Below are positions 37,544 to 49,164 of a stretch of DNA of 64,000 nt, piece by piece. The stretch comes from Candidatus Saganbacteria bacterium. Lineage in GTDB: Bacteria > Margulisbacteria > WOR-1 > XYC2-FULL-46-14 > WPAF01. How positions within the stretch are numbered: the stretch's first letter is position 1; each line of letters begins with the position of its first letter. A model generated the notes under the pieces. It searched no databases, was not told where the DNA came from, and saw nothing but the letters and a program-made list of their open reading frames with translations. The stretch covers positions 78,639-142,638 of the forward strand of contig WPAF01000001.1 in NCBI GenBank assembly GCA_009772965.1, given 5' to 3'. The position numbers and the translations under genes are program-made.

Positions 37544-38525
37544 ACTTTTTATAATATTCTATCGTTCTCGCTAGGCCTTCTTTGGGCAGAACCTTTGGTG
37601 CCCACCCTAATATTTTTTTGGCTTTTTTAAAGTCGGAATAATAATGCCCGATATCGATTTTTTTTAGTTCTCTCGGGAAAGGGATTAGTCGATACTTGCC
37701 TGATCCATTTACCCTAATCATCGTTTTAACTATTTCTTCCAAGGAAAGATAGACAGAATCGCCCAAATTCATTATTTGGCCTTCCGCTTTCTTTTCCGCC
37801 CCACAGAGAAGCAACGCTTCGACTACATCATCAATATAATTCAGATCCCTTAATTGCTTCCCATCACCAAAGATATTAATCTCTTTCCCCTCCAGCAAAA
37901 GCCTGATGAACCAGCCAAGGAAACCCTGGCGATTATGTTTGACCAGCAAACGCGGGCCATAAGTGTTGGTCAAGCGCAATACGACGCTTTTTATCCCATA
38001 GACATTATGGTAGAGAATATGGTATTGCTCGCCGGCTATTTTATTGATCCCATTCACATCGGTCGGCTGCAACGGATGTTTCTCGTCAACCGGCAAATAT
38101 TGCGGTTTGCCATATATTTGCCTCGTGCTGGCAAAAACGATTTTTATTCCGGGATTATTGTGGCGACAAGCCTCCAGTATTGAAAGCTGACTCTGGGTAT
38201 TGATTGCCAAGTCGGTATAGGGATCCTCCATGCTGTCAATATGGCTGACTTGTCCGGCCATGTTAAACATTATATCCTGGCTCCTGACAAGATAATTCAT
38301 GCCATGGCTATCCCGAACATCGGCTACATTAATTGCAACCAAATCTTTGACGGGCTCAATATTAAACATATTCCCGCCATAAGCTGGTATCAGCGAATCA
38401 ACAAGTGTAACTTTGGCACCCAGCTCAACCAATTTGATAGCGAGATTGCTTCCGATAAAACCTAAACCGCCGGTAATCAGGACACTCTTATTCCTAAAAT
38501 ATTTTTCAAGATTTGATATTGTCAT
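37518..38525 (-). CDS. NAD-dependent sugar-nucleotide epimerase/dehydratase
   Basis: The ORF-track entry extends to 38609. The probable start is the internal Met (MTISNLEKYF...) at 38525, which reduces the overlap with the upstream GT2. VLITGGLGFIGSNL Rossmann motif. Confidence 0.7.
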   Translation of the reverse strand: MTISNLEKYFRNKSVLITGGLGFIGSNLAIKLVELGAKVTLVDSLIPAYGGNMFNIEPVKDLVAINVADVRDSHGMNYLVRSQDIMFNMAGQVSHIDSMEDPYTDLAINTQSQLSILEACRHNNPGIKIVFASTRQIYGKPQYLPVDEKHPLQPTDVNGINKIAGEQYHILYHNVYGIKSVVLRLTNTYGPRLLVKHNRQGFLGWFIRLLLEGKEINIFGDGKQLRDLNYIDDVVEALLLCGAEKKAEGQIMNLGDSVYLSLEEIVKTMIRVNGSGKYRLIPFPRELKKIDIGHYYSDFKKAKKILGWAPKVLPKEGLARTIEYYKKYGTQYYWK

Positions 38526-39495
38526 TAAAGCCTCTCTGTTCCTGAATGATAAATTGGGGGGTTTGGTTGCTGGACAAAAACAAACGTCCCAAGTATTCGC
38601 CGATGACACCCAGAATAATAAGTTGAATCCCGGAAAACATAAAAATCGAAATTACTATTGTAGCCCAACCTGTGGGAGCTGTTGGATGAAAAATTTTATC
38701 TATTAGAAATATAATTGCCAAAATAAAACCTACTAAGGCGAAAAACAAACCTATGAGCATTGAAATTCTCAAGGGCAGAACAGAAAAATTGGTAAACATG
38801 TTCAACCAGAGGGAAACCAGTTTCCTGAATGTGTAACCGGATTCTCCCCTGAGACGCCTCCTATGCTCAACTTGAACCGTCCCAATATTCATGGTGCTCC
38901 TAAAAATCAGACCGTCAATATAAGGATATGGACCGCGATATTTTATAATCTCATTGATTAAAACCCGGCTAAAGATTTTAAAACTGCATAAATAGAGTCC
39001 CCTGGGTTTTTTCAATAGTATGGTCGCAACTCGATCGTTAAAAGCGCTGCCGAGATTCCGAAAAAAGCTGTGCTTCTTGACTTTATAATTTGCAAAGACT
39101 ACATCATAGCCCTTGTTGATCTCATCGATCAGTTTGGGTATTTCCTCCGGTGGATTTTGGCCATCGTCATCCATCACAATGGCAAAATCGCCCCGGACAT
39201 ATTTTAATCCTGCAATAACCGCATTATGTTCGCTAAAATTACGCGTGAGTTTTAAGATTTTAATTTTAGGATCAGCCGCATTGAGTTTTTTCATCACTTG
39301 CCATGAGTTATCCCGACTCCCGTCATTCACCAGGATAATTTCATAAGCCAGCCGCAATTTATTAAAAACCGCATTTACACTCAAGCAAACATCTTCCAGC
39401 ATCTGTTCACTATTATAAACCGGCATGACTATTGAATATTTCGGTGCTTCAATCACATTTCTCACATCCACTTTCGATCCGTTCGCAAACATCAC
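38506..39495 (-). CDS. GT2-family polyprenyl-phosphate glycosyltransferase (GtrB/ArnC-like)
   Basis: 329 aa; YSIVMPVYNSEQ...NDGSRDNS GT2 motifs and C-terminal hydrophobic helices, as in bactoprenol-P glucosyltransferases. Confidence 0.75.
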   Translation of the reverse strand: MMFANGSKVDVRNVIEAPKYSIVMPVYNSEQMLEDVCLSVNAVFNKLRLAYEIILVNDGSRDNSWQVMKKLNAADPKIKILKLTRNFSEHNAVIAGLKYVRGDFAIVMDDDGQNPPEEIPKLIDEINKGYDVVFANYKVKKHSFFRNLGSAFNDRVATILLKKPRGLYLCSFKIFSRVLINEIIKYRGPYPYIDGLIFRSTMNIGTVQVEHRRRLRGESGYTFRKLVSLWLNMFTNFSVLPLRISMLIGLFFALVGFILAIIFLIDKIFHPTAPTGWATIVISIFMFSGIQLIILGVIGEYLGRLFLSSNQTPQFIIQEQRGFNDNIKS

Positions 39496-40609
39496 GAAGC
39501 TTAGCTATAACGTAATCCTGCTGCTCATCGGTCATTTTCGGATACATCGGTATTGACAAGCATTTTCTATAATATTTTTCCGCATTTGGACATAGCCCGC
39601 GCTCGTAACCGAGGCTCTGATAATACGGCTGTAAATAAACCGGTAAATAATGCACATTCACCAAAACACCAAAACTTCGCATAAAATCAAATACTTTCCT
39701 TCTGTTTTCAACCGAAACAACATAAAGATGATAAGAGGACAATACTTCTTGAGTTTCTTCAAATATATTAATTTCAGAAGAATCTTTAAAAGCATTAGTA
39801 TATTTCTTGGCTATTTTCCTTCTCCTTTCAACAAATTTATCGAGTTTTTTTAGCTGACTCATACCCAGCGCGCACTGAAAATCTGTCATCCGATAGTTCA
39901 ACCCTAATTCGTGCATCTCATAATACCAATCGCCTCCATTTTGATTTTTCATTATTTTTGGATCTCTCGTAATTCCATGCGTTCTAAACATCAAAAGCTT
40001 CTCATAATAGACTTCGTTATTTGTCAGGAGCATTCCACCCTCGCCCGTTGTTATATTTTTTACTGCATGAAAGCTTAAAACCGTCATATCCGAATACTTG
40101 CAGACCCCGATTTTTGATCCTTTGTATTCGGCGCCAAGAGCATGGCTGGCATCTTCAATTATCAACAGATCATTTTTTTCGGCAATTGCTTTTATCTCTT
40201 CAAGATCACAAGGTTGGCCAGCAAAATGGACTGGGATAATTGCTTTGGTTTTATTGGTTATTTTCTTCTTAATATTTTTTGGATCAATATTAATAGTGTC
40301 TTCTTGGATATCAGCAAATACCGGTCTGCCCCCGCAATACAAAATACAATTAGCCGAAGCGACAAAAGTAATAGGGGAAGTAATTACTTCATCTCCGGTT
40401 TTTATTCCGGCGGCAAAACAAGCCGCATGCAATGCAGCGGTTCCGGAACTAACTGCTACCGCATATTTAACTCCGCAATATTTTGCAACCTTTTTCTCAA
40501 ACTCGGCTATTCTGGAGCCTTGTGTTAGGTAATCCGAACGTAGCGCCCCAATCACCGCCTTGACATCTGTGCCATCAATCCATTGCATCGCGTAGGGAAT
40601 TTGCTTCAA
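39449..40609 (-). CDS. pseC: PseC-like DegT-family aminotransferase (UDP-4-keto-6-deoxy-hexose aminotransferase)
   Basis: 386 aa; ...LTQGSRIAEFEKKVAKYCGVKYAVAVSSGTAALH...GDEVITSPITF. Confidence 0.75.
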   Translation of the reverse strand: MKQIPYAMQWIDGTDVKAVIGALRSDYLTQGSRIAEFEKKVAKYCGVKYAVAVSSGTAALHAACFAAGIKTGDEVITSPITFVASANCILYCGGRPVFADIQEDTINIDPKNIKKKITNKTKAIIPVHFAGQPCDLEEIKAIAEKNDLLIIEDASHALGAEYKGSKIGVCKYSDMTVLSFHAVKNITTGEGGMLLTNNEVYYEKLLMFRTHGITRDPKIMKNQNGGDWYYEMHELGLNYRMTDFQCALGMSQLKKLDKFVERRRKIAKKYTNAFKDSSEINIFEETQEVLSSYHLYVVSVENRRKVFDFMRSFGVLVNVHYLPVYLQPYYQSLGYERGLCPNAEKYYRKCLSIPMYPKMTDEQQDYVIAKLRDVCERIESGCEKCD

Positions 40610-40613
40610 AGAT

Positions 40614-41803
<1,190 letters not shown>

Positions 41804-41863
41804 TTTTTTATAAAATCTTGCGTAGCATAAACTTCGCCTTCATCAACAACCATAATTCCATAG

Positions 41864-41892
41864 ATTATACCGATTACAGCAGAACCTGTCAA
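41864..41892 (-). promoter_or_regulatory. Consensus sigma70 promoter (TTGACA-17-TATAAT on the minus strand) upstream of the epimerase remnant and pseB operon
   Basis: Plus strand has tgtcaa at 41887-41892 and attata at 41864-41869 with a 17-nt spacer, read directly. Confidence 0.6.
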
Positions 41893-41948
41893 GGAGTGTG
41901 TATTTTTGTCAAAGATATTCATTTGTATTCAGATGTTATCGAAATTTA

Positions 41949-42620
41949 TTAGTACGATTTTATTCTTATATTTTCAAAATACTCCAGAAAAAAAGCCAAT
42001 AATACTCCAATAAATAAACCCATTAAAGCTCCAACAAAAATATTTGTTTTGATGTCTTTATTAGCAGGGGTTTGTGGCGGAACAGCTTCATCTAATACTT
42101 GCAAATTTATACCAATAGCTTTCTGATTTAAAAATGCAATCAACCCTTTAGCATAAGCATTCGCAACTATTGCCGCAATTTCTGGATCTGTTGAAACCGC
42201 TACAATTTTTTTATCATCACCTGATTCAAGCCCAGACTTCAGCGCTGACGAAACATCATCAAGTGTTGGTTCCTCTCCAATCCAAAGATTATTCTTACTA
42301 TCCCACTTGTTTTTAAATATGATTTTTTTTAAATCGTTGTTTTGCGCAATTAATTTTGCCATAGCGCGGCTTTTTAAAATTTCTTCTATCGATGTCCCAC
42401 CCACTGCTCCACCTCCACCAAAAGACGAAGCCGCAAAAGCTGCTAGGCCTCCCGCACTAGAGCCCATGGAAAGAAAAGAAACTTCGGCTTTATACATTTT
42501 GGGCACACGTATAACTTGAATATAAGAAAAAACAACAGAAAAAATAATAAAGCAAGATATCAACAGTTTTCTTTTGCTAATAATTTTTATATAATCTACT
42601 AAGTTTATCTCATCATCCAT
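41949..42620 (-). CDS. Wzz/CpsC-like polysaccharide co-polymerase (chain-length determinant, no kinase domain)
   Basis: 223 aa; N-terminal IDLVDYIKIISKRKLLISCFII (Wzz motif + TM), a Gly-rich periplasmic segment and a C-terminal TM (FVGALMGLFIGVLLAFF). Confidence 0.65.
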   Translation of the reverse strand: MDDEINLVDYIKIISKRKLLISCFIIFSVVFSYIQVIRVPKMYKAEVSFLSMGSSAGGLAAFAASSFGGGGAVGGTSIEEILKSRAMAKLIAQNNDLKKIIFKNKWDSKNNLWIGEEPTLDDVSSALKSGLESGDDKKIVAVSTDPEIAAIVANAYAKGLIAFLNQKAIGINLQVLDEAVPPQTPANKDIKTNIFVGALMGLFIGVLLAFFLEYFENIRIKSY

Positions 42621-42632
42621 ATGTTTTCCTCA

Positions 42633-44822
42633 TTATCTTAATACTTTTGCCAATACAGTAACTGATACGATCGCCTCAAAAAGCCAACGCGAAAAATCTT
42701 GGACATTACTCCAAAAGTTTCTCGTATCAATTTTTTCAGGAACTATTATTGTGTCGCCCGGATAAAGTTTAGATGAATAAAGATTTATTTCCTGCCTCCT
42801 GCTTATCACTGACCCATTTGCCCTAATTACATAAGTTTCTAAATCGTTTGCAGTGGGAGTAGTTCCTCCAGCTATGTTCATGTAATCCTTTGTTTTCCTA
42901 CTAGGATCATAAGCTATTGCAGTTGGATTATAAACTTGTCCGAGGACTATTACACTTTTGGGAGTTTTGGGAATATTTAAAACATCGCCATCTTCAACCT
43001 CAATATCATTTTTACTATTCTTCAACTTTGCAATTTCATCCAAACTAATAACAACTCGGCCTTTTAAGGTTGAAGAAAATACCTTCATATAATCAACTAC
43101 ACCCTTTGTCTGTCCTATTGACGCCTGACGAAATCCAATGTCCTCTTTTGCAACAAAATCCGAGGATACATCCCTTTCTTTGCGCAAAAGATCTAATTCC
43201 ATGTTATTTATCATCCTGCTATAGTTTTCCTGCTGCACTTCCAGCACATTCTTTCTTGTTAGTATAGAACCATATAAATATGCCAAATTTGTATATCCCC
43301 CTGCCCTCTCAATTACTGAACTTATCCTTTCCCCATCCCTGATAACATATTCTCCTGGCCATTTCACTTCTCCTTTAATTGCAACTCTTTCTATTTTATC
43401 GCTTGAGGCAGATACATTGATTTCATCTTTAGAATATAAATTGATATTTATGGAATTATCTTTTTCTACAAATAATTTTTCATAGTCAATTGGGTAAACA
43501 TTAATCGTTGAATTTGAATCTTCACTAACCCGGGATACTTCAATGTGGGGAAATTGGTTATTATAAAATGGCAGGAAATCGTCTTCTTTTAAAACATCAA
43601 GTAGCCTAATCCCTTTTTTATATTCATATGTTCCCGGATATTTAACCTCGCCTTTAACAGTAATTCCATTGCTGATTTTTGAGTATATAGGGAAGATTTT
43701 GATTAAATCCATATCTTGGATAGGTATGTCTAAATTACTTTTTGTTTTAGCTAATAAAATTTCTTTATCAATCACAACATTTTTTTCGTGCGCGATAGTC
43801 CTTTCAATTTGAATACGATTTAAATAAGTTGAAGGATTTATTCCGCCAGCCAAAGAGAGCACATCCGCAAGATCTGCAGATCCTCTAATTTCATAAATTG
43901 CTGGGCGATTAACATTCCCCGCCACAGCAACAACGCTACTAATTAATGGGACAAAAACTGTATCCCCTGCCATTAAAGCCCGGTCTTGGCTATTATCCCC
44001 TTTTAATAAAAAACTATAAAGATCCAAATGCGCGACAACTTTCCCGTTGCGTAAAATTCTTACATCCCGCAAAGAACCTTTTTTGGTTGGACCGCCGGCA
44101 TAAAACAAAGCATTATATGCTGTTGAAAGCGAGCTCAACGGATAGTTGCCAGGGTTCTGCACTTCTCCAACAATATATATTTGAATCGTTTTAATATTAT
44201 CAAATGTTATCCCGATATTAATTCCTTCATAAAACCTATTAAGCTGGGTTTCAACAAAAGGCTTTAACTGAGAATAAGTTAGCCCCGCAACAGAAATCAA
44301 ACCAACCTTGGGCAAAGTTATTTCCCCATTTTGGTTGACGGCTACCTTAAAATTGCCTTCGCTTACTCCCCACATGGTTACGCTAAAGCTGTCTCCGGGG
44401 CCGATAACATAATTTTCACCAACAGGAGTATTTTTTTGAGGGGAAATAAAGCTAGAATTAGACTGTTTGAAGATATCATAGCCAAATTGCTTTATTTTTT
44501 TAAAACCCTCTAAGGAAACAGAATTAGAAAATATTCTTTCAATTTCTGAAGGTTTTTCTTTTTTCACCTCAATTATTCCATCTACACTTCCCCCATCGCT
44601 ATTCTGAATATTTTGTTCTTGCCCATTTTTAATTTTTGAGTTTTTATTAAGAACATTAGCAGTATTGTTGTTTAATTTTTCGTTAAATGAATCCTGTTGA
44701 TTCAACAGCGCTGAAGGATCCAATGCAGCATCAAGCATTTGCGTTTGAGCAAAAAGCGGGTTAAATGAAACAAACAAAAGAAAAACCACAAGACACTTCA
44801 TGGTAATTTTATTTTTCAACAC
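42633..44822 (-). CDS. Polysaccharide export outer-membrane protein (Wza-like, multiple SLBB domains)
   Basis: 729 aa. Signal-peptide-like MKCLVVFLLFVSFNPLFAQ. Repeated beta-grasp-like segments (..ITLPKVGLISVAGLT.., ..YPGTYEYKKGIRLLDVL.., ..GEVKWPGEYVIRDGERISSVI..). GTG start, or ATG at 44801. Confidence 0.7.
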   Translation of the reverse strand: MLKNKITMKCLVVFLLFVSFNPLFAQTQMLDAALDPSALLNQQDSFNEKLNNNTANVLNKNSKIKNGQEQNIQNSDGGSVDGIIEVKKEKPSEIERIFSNSVSLEGFKKIKQFGYDIFKQSNSSFISPQKNTPVGENYVIGPGDSFSVTMWGVSEGNFKVAVNQNGEITLPKVGLISVAGLTYSQLKPFVETQLNRFYEGINIGITFDNIKTIQIYIVGEVQNPGNYPLSSLSTAYNALFYAGGPTKKGSLRDVRILRNGKVVAHLDLYSFLLKGDNSQDRALMAGDTVFVPLISSVVAVAGNVNRPAIYEIRGSADLADVLSLAGGINPSTYLNRIQIERTIAHEKNVVIDKEILLAKTKSNLDIPIQDMDLIKIFPIYSKISNGITVKGEVKYPGTYEYKKGIRLLDVLKEDDFLPFYNNQFPHIEVSRVSEDSNSTINVYPIDYEKLFVEKDNSININLYSKDEINVSASSDKIERVAIKGEVKWPGEYVIRDGERISSVIERAGGYTNLAYLYGSILTRKNVLEVQQENYSRMINNMELDLLRKERDVSSDFVAKEDIGFRQASIGQTKGVVDYMKVFSSTLKGRVVISLDEIAKLKNSKNDIEVEDGDVLNIPKTPKSVIVLGQVYNPTAIAYDPSRKTKDYMNIAGGTTPTANDLETYVIRANGSVISRRQEINLYSSKLYPGDTIIVPEKIDTRNFWSNVQDFSRWLFEAIVSVTVLAKVLR

Positions 44823-44853
44823 TTATATTACGCCCCTTTACAATTAACATTCG

Positions 44854-45975
44854 TCATTTTATCATATAATTTACTAAGCCACAAACATAATCCCCCACCG
44901 CCAAACACGAAGTTAACCCCGGGGATTCTATCCCAATTAAATTGATAAAATTAGAAAGCCCATTGTTGCTTTCTTCCTTAATAATAAAATCCCTGAACCC
45001 ATCATTTGGTTCCTGCAGTTTTGGCCGCATGCCGGAGGTGTCTGGAGCAAGCATATCTTCTTTTAGCCAAGGCAGGTATTTTTTTGCCGAGTTAAAAAAT
45101 TCATTTCCTTTATTTTCGTCAACCTCATAATCAATCGTATCAACGTAATTCGCATCTGGGCCTAAGCGAATATTTCCATCCAAAGCCAGTGTAGTATGCA
45201 CTCCAAGCCCATATCCTTTTTCATGCGGCGGCGGATAAATCAAATGCTTCAGTTTATTTTGTGATTGCGTGATGGAAAAATAATCTCCCTTGCAATAGTA
45301 GAGTTTATATTTTAACGCTTCAATATCAAATCCTGCCATCCCTGCAACTTTATCAGAATCCAGTCCTGCACAGTTTATTACAATCCCAGAATGAATTTCT
45401 TCTCCACTTTTACTTCTTAAAATATATCTTTCTGCTTCTTTTTCAATGCCTACAACTTCGTTATTAAAAGAAAACAGAACACTTTGCTGTTTTGCGGTTT
45501 GATATAAATAATTCATCAACCCATGAGAATCAATTATTCCTGTGGAGCCGGAAAACACGGCATTTAAAGCAAAAACATCTGGTTCGAGTTTTGATATTGC
45601 ATCCTTGCCCAAAAGTTCAAGTATTGGGACACCATTATTTCTTGCGTTTTGATATATCGCTTCGATCTGAGATATTTCACCTTTATTGGTAGAAACTATT
45701 AATTTGCCGCATTTTTTGTATTTTATACCCTTTGCTTCGCATAGTTCATACAGCATTTTATTGCCGGAAAGACAAAGCTTACTCTTTAATGAATCTTTTG
45801 GATAATATATTCCAGCATGAATTACTTCACTGTTGCGGCTGCTTGTTTCCTGGCCATATTTCTCGTTTTTCTCTAAAACAATGATATCTCTATTTGCATA
45901 TTTCCGAGAAAGACTTTCAGCTATTGCCAAGCCAATTACTCCCGCCCCAATTATGGTTATGTCAACTTTTTCCAT
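44854..45975 (-). CDS. FAD-dependent oxidoreductase, L-2-hydroxyglutarate oxidase (LhgO)-like
   Basis: 373 aa; DITIIGAGVIGLAIA...SSRNSEVIHAGIYYP..SLK matches LhgO-type enzymes. Confidence 0.7.
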   Translation of the reverse strand: MEKVDITIIGAGVIGLAIAESLSRKYANRDIIVLEKNEKYGQETSSRNSEVIHAGIYYPKDSLKSKLCLSGNKMLYELCEAKGIKYKKCGKLIVSTNKGEISQIEAIYQNARNNGVPILELLGKDAISKLEPDVFALNAVFSGSTGIIDSHGLMNYLYQTAKQQSVLFSFNNEVVGIEKEAERYILRSKSGEEIHSGIVINCAGLDSDKVAGMAGFDIEALKYKLYYCKGDYFSITQSQNKLKHLIYPPPHEKGYGLGVHTTLALDGNIRLGPDANYVDTIDYEVDENKGNEFFNSAKKYLPWLKEDMLAPDTSGMRPKLQEPNDGFRDFIIKEESNNGLSNFINLIGIESPGLTSCLAVGDYVCGLVNYMIK

Positions 45976-47419
45976 TTAACTTTATTGCTTCCTTTGCAAT
46001 TTTTACATCATCAAACTCAACTTTTTTCCCATTAAAATCCTGACGCTTTTCATGCCCCCGGCCAGCCAAAACCACAACATCACCTTTTTGAGCAATGCTA
46101 ATAGCTCTTTTGATGGCTTCTTTTCGATCCACGTAATTCGAAACTCGTAAAGCGTAACGCGGGTCGATTCCAGTTAATATTTCATCGATTATTTGTTGTG
46201 GATTTTCGGAATGCGGATCGTCTGTTGTAACAATCATCTGATCAGCCAAGTCCGCAGCAATCTTTCCCATAATTGGCCTTTTTTCTTTATCCCTATCTCC
46301 GGGACAGCCAAAAACAAGAATTATTTTCCCTTTAATTAAAGGTTTAATTGTTCCAAGAAGCTTTTGCAAACCATCAGGAGTATGGGCAAAATCTATAATA
46401 ACAAAAAGATCCTGCCCGACATCAATCCTTTCAAACCTGCCGGGGATTACTGCTTTTTCGATTCCCGCTTTAATCTTTTTCTTCTCTATATTTAAAACCA
46501 AACCGCATTGAAAAGCGGCAAGAAGATTGTAGATATTATAAATTCCAATATAAGCAGTCCTGATTTCTGTCGTATCAATCCTAACTCTCATCAATTCAAA
46601 CTTAATATCATATTCTTTTAGGCGAACATCAAAGTTGCTCGTCTTTGTGCTCCTTAGCTCATGTTTGATATCTTTCATGCCGTAAAACACCACTTCTCCA
46701 TCAATTGATTCAATAATCTTTTTACTGCTCGGGTCATCGACATTTATCACTGCTGTTCCATTGTGCTTTAACATTTTAAATATTTTTAACTTGGCTGATA
46801 AGTATTCATCCATTGTTTTATGAAAATCAAGATGTTCATGCGTTAAGTTTGTAAAAATTACTTCATCGAATTGAAGCCCATACACCCTATCCTGGGCAAG
46901 CGCATGGGAAGAGACTTCCATAACCACATGGGTTATGCCTTCCTTAACCATTTGGCTCAATATTTCTTGAAGCTCGAGCGATTCCGGAGTGGTAAACGAA
47001 GAAGGCATTGATTTATTATTTATTTTTGTTTCAACTGTGCTGATTAACCCGACTTTATAACCCGCTTCTTTTAAAATTGATTCAATAAAATACGCAATTG
47101 TTGTCTTTCCATTGGTTCCAGTAATTCCAATAATTTTTAACTTGGAGGCAGGATAACCATAATACTTTGCAGAAAGTTCCGCTAGCGCCTGACGGGCATT
47201 AGCAACTTTAATTAATTTAACATTATCCGGGACAGCAGTTTCCGTTTCACATATTATAACCGATGCCCCATTTTCTATCGCTTGCGGAATGAAGCTCGCT
47301 CCGTCAAATTTTAATCCGGGTATAGCAACAAAGACATCGCCTTTTTTTATTTTACGGGAATCGTAAGCAATGCCCTTGATTTCAAAATTGTATAAATTTA
47401 TTGTTTGAGCTTCGGACAT
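45962..47419 (-). CDS. murE: UDP-N-acetylmuramoyl-tripeptide synthetase (MurE)
   Basis: 485 aa; GITGTNGKTT P-loop and Mur ligase layout. Confidence 0.85.
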   Translation of the reverse strand: MSEAQTINLYNFEIKGIAYDSRKIKKGDVFVAIPGLKFDGASFIPQAIENGASVIICETETAVPDNVKLIKVANARQALAELSAKYYGYPASKLKIIGITGTNGKTTIAYFIESILKEAGYKVGLISTVETKINNKSMPSSFTTPESLELQEILSQMVKEGITHVVMEVSSHALAQDRVYGLQFDEVIFTNLTHEHLDFHKTMDEYLSAKLKIFKMLKHNGTAVINVDDPSSKKIIESIDGEVVFYGMKDIKHELRSTKTSNFDVRLKEYDIKFELMRVRIDTTEIRTAYIGIYNIYNLLAAFQCGLVLNIEKKKIKAGIEKAVIPGRFERIDVGQDLFVIIDFAHTPDGLQKLLGTIKPLIKGKIILVFGCPGDRDKEKRPIMGKIAADLADQMIVTTDDPHSENPQQIIDEILTGIDPRYALRVSNYVDRKEAIKRAISIAQKGDVVVLAGRGHEKRQDFNGKKVEFDDVKIAKEAIKLNGKS

Positions 47420-47431
47420 TTATTTTTTATC

Positions 47432-48439
47432 TCAACGCTTTAAATACCAAGTGCTGTAGAATTCCTTGAATTCCTTCTGTTTATCTTTAATTTTTTTCCA
47501 CCATTTTGAATTGTTTATATACCATTCAACAGTTTTTTCAAGGGCTTCTTTAAAATCATGTTTTGGCGCCCAGCCGAGCTCTTTTTTTATTTTACTACAG
47601 TCAAGCGAATACCTGCGGTCATGGCCGGGACGATCTTTTACATATTCAAGTACATCTTCAGAAATATCCAATTTTTTTAGGATCAATTTAACTATTTCAA
47701 TATTTTGCTTTTCATTTTCCCCGCCAATATTGTAAACCTCGCCATCCTTGCCCTTTCTCAATACAATATCAATTGCCTCGCAATTATCTTCAACAAATAT
47801 CCAATCCCGGATATTTTTACCATCACCGTAAAGGGGCAGCTTTTCTTTGGATAAGGCATTGGTTATAAAAAGCGGAATAAACTTTTCCGGATATTGGAAC
47901 GAGCCAAAATTGTTTGACGACCGGGTAATAATTACCGGCAAATTATAAGTTTTCCTGTAAGCTTTAACAATCAAATCCCCTCCCGCCTTACTCGCGGCAT
48001 AAGGGCTATTGGGATTTGTCGGGCTTTGCTCTTTAAAGGATCCCGCTTCAATACTGCCGTATATTTCATCGGTTGAAATTTGGATAAATCTTTTAATATT
48101 GTGTGTTTTTACTGCCTCTAAAAGAATATATGTGCCATATACATCTGTGTTGATAAATGATCCGGCTGAAACAATCGAGCGGTCTACATGAGTTTCTGCA
48201 GCAAAGTTAATAATTGCATCCACGCCGCAAACCGCCTTTTCAACCGCTTTCGCATCGCAAATATCTCCCTTGATGAAACTATATCTTTTATCATTTTCAA
48301 CATCTTTAAGATTCTCAGGGTTTCCGGCATAAGTCAACTTATCAAAGTTGACAATTTCGCAGTCATCATATTTAGATAAAATATACTTAATAAAATTACT
48401 GCCAATAAATCCACAGCCGCCGGTAATCAGCAATTTCAT
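47432..48439 (-). CDS. rfbB: dTDP-glucose 4,6-dehydratase
   Basis: 335 aa; [21 protein letters not shown]...NFDKLTYAGN. Confidence 0.85.
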   Translation of the reverse strand: MKLLITGGCGFIGSNFIKYILSKYDDCEIVNFDKLTYAGNPENLKDVENDKRYSFIKGDICDAKAVEKAVCGVDAIINFAAETHVDRSIVSAGSFINTDVYGTYILLEAVKTHNIKRFIQISTDEIYGSIEAGSFKEQSPTNPNSPYAASKAGGDLIVKAYRKTYNLPVIITRSSNNFGSFQYPEKFIPLFITNALSKEKLPLYGDGKNIRDWIFVEDNCEAIDIVLRKGKDGEVYNIGGENEKQNIEIVKLILKKLDISEDVLEYVKDRPGHDRRYSLDCSKIKKELGWAPKHDFKEALEKTVEWYINNSKWWKKIKDKQKEFKEFYSTWYLKR

Positions 48440-49164
48440 AATGTAATTTTTCCTTCTTTAAGCAAAGTCGCCCTTTCAAGCGATTCAAAAGTACCCGCGT
48501 CAGACCACCAGCCGCTTAAATTGTCGTATTCAAGCTCGCCTTTTTTAAGGAAAGCATTATTAACATCGGATATTTCAAGCTCTCCGCGGCTTGATGGCTT
48601 AAGGTTTTTAATGACCTCAAAAACACTATCATCATAAAAATATATCCCGGTTACGGCAAATTTACTTTTTGGTTTTTTAGGTTTTTCCTCAATTTTGGTT
48701 ATTTTTCCGTCAATTATTTCAACAACTCCAAAACGATGGGGATCGGAAACCTCTTTAAGCAATACCATGGCGCCATTCTTTTGGTTTTTAAACTTCTTTA
48801 AAAATGGCGAAAGGTTATCCTCAAAAATATTATCGCCAAGAATCACTATCATATTATCCGTTCCAACAAACTCCTGGGCAAGAAACAAGGCCTGTGCGAT
48901 GCCGCCTGCTTCATCCTGCACCTTATAAGTAAATTTGCAGTTAAAAGATTTTCCCGATCCCAAAAGAGTAACAATATCTCCCATATGCTCAACGCCGGTA
49001 ACAATGAGAATTTCTTCAATGCCAATTTCTATCAGCTTGTTTATTGGATGATAAATCATGGGGAGCCTGCCCACCGGCAGAAGATGCTTGTTTGTCACTT
49101 TTGTTAACGGAAATAAACGCGACCCCGTTCCGCCGGCTAAAATTACCCCTTTCATTTTCTTCAT
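48436..49164 (-). CDS. Sugar-1-phosphate nucleotidyltransferase (RmlA-like, short form)
   Basis: 242 aa; [36 protein letters not shown]. Confidence 0.75.
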   Translation of the reverse strand: MKKMKGVILAGGTGSRLFPLTKVTNKHLLPVGRLPMIYHPINKLIEIGIEEILIVTGVEHMGDIVTLLGSGKSFNCKFTYKVQDEAGGIAQALFLAQEFVGTDNMIVILGDNIFEDNLSPFLKKFKNQKNGAMVLLKEVSDPHRFGVVEIIDGKITKIEEKPKKPKSKFAVTGIYFYDDSVFEVIKNLKPSSRGELEISDVNNAFLKKGELEYDNLSGWWSDAGTFESLERATLLKEGKITL

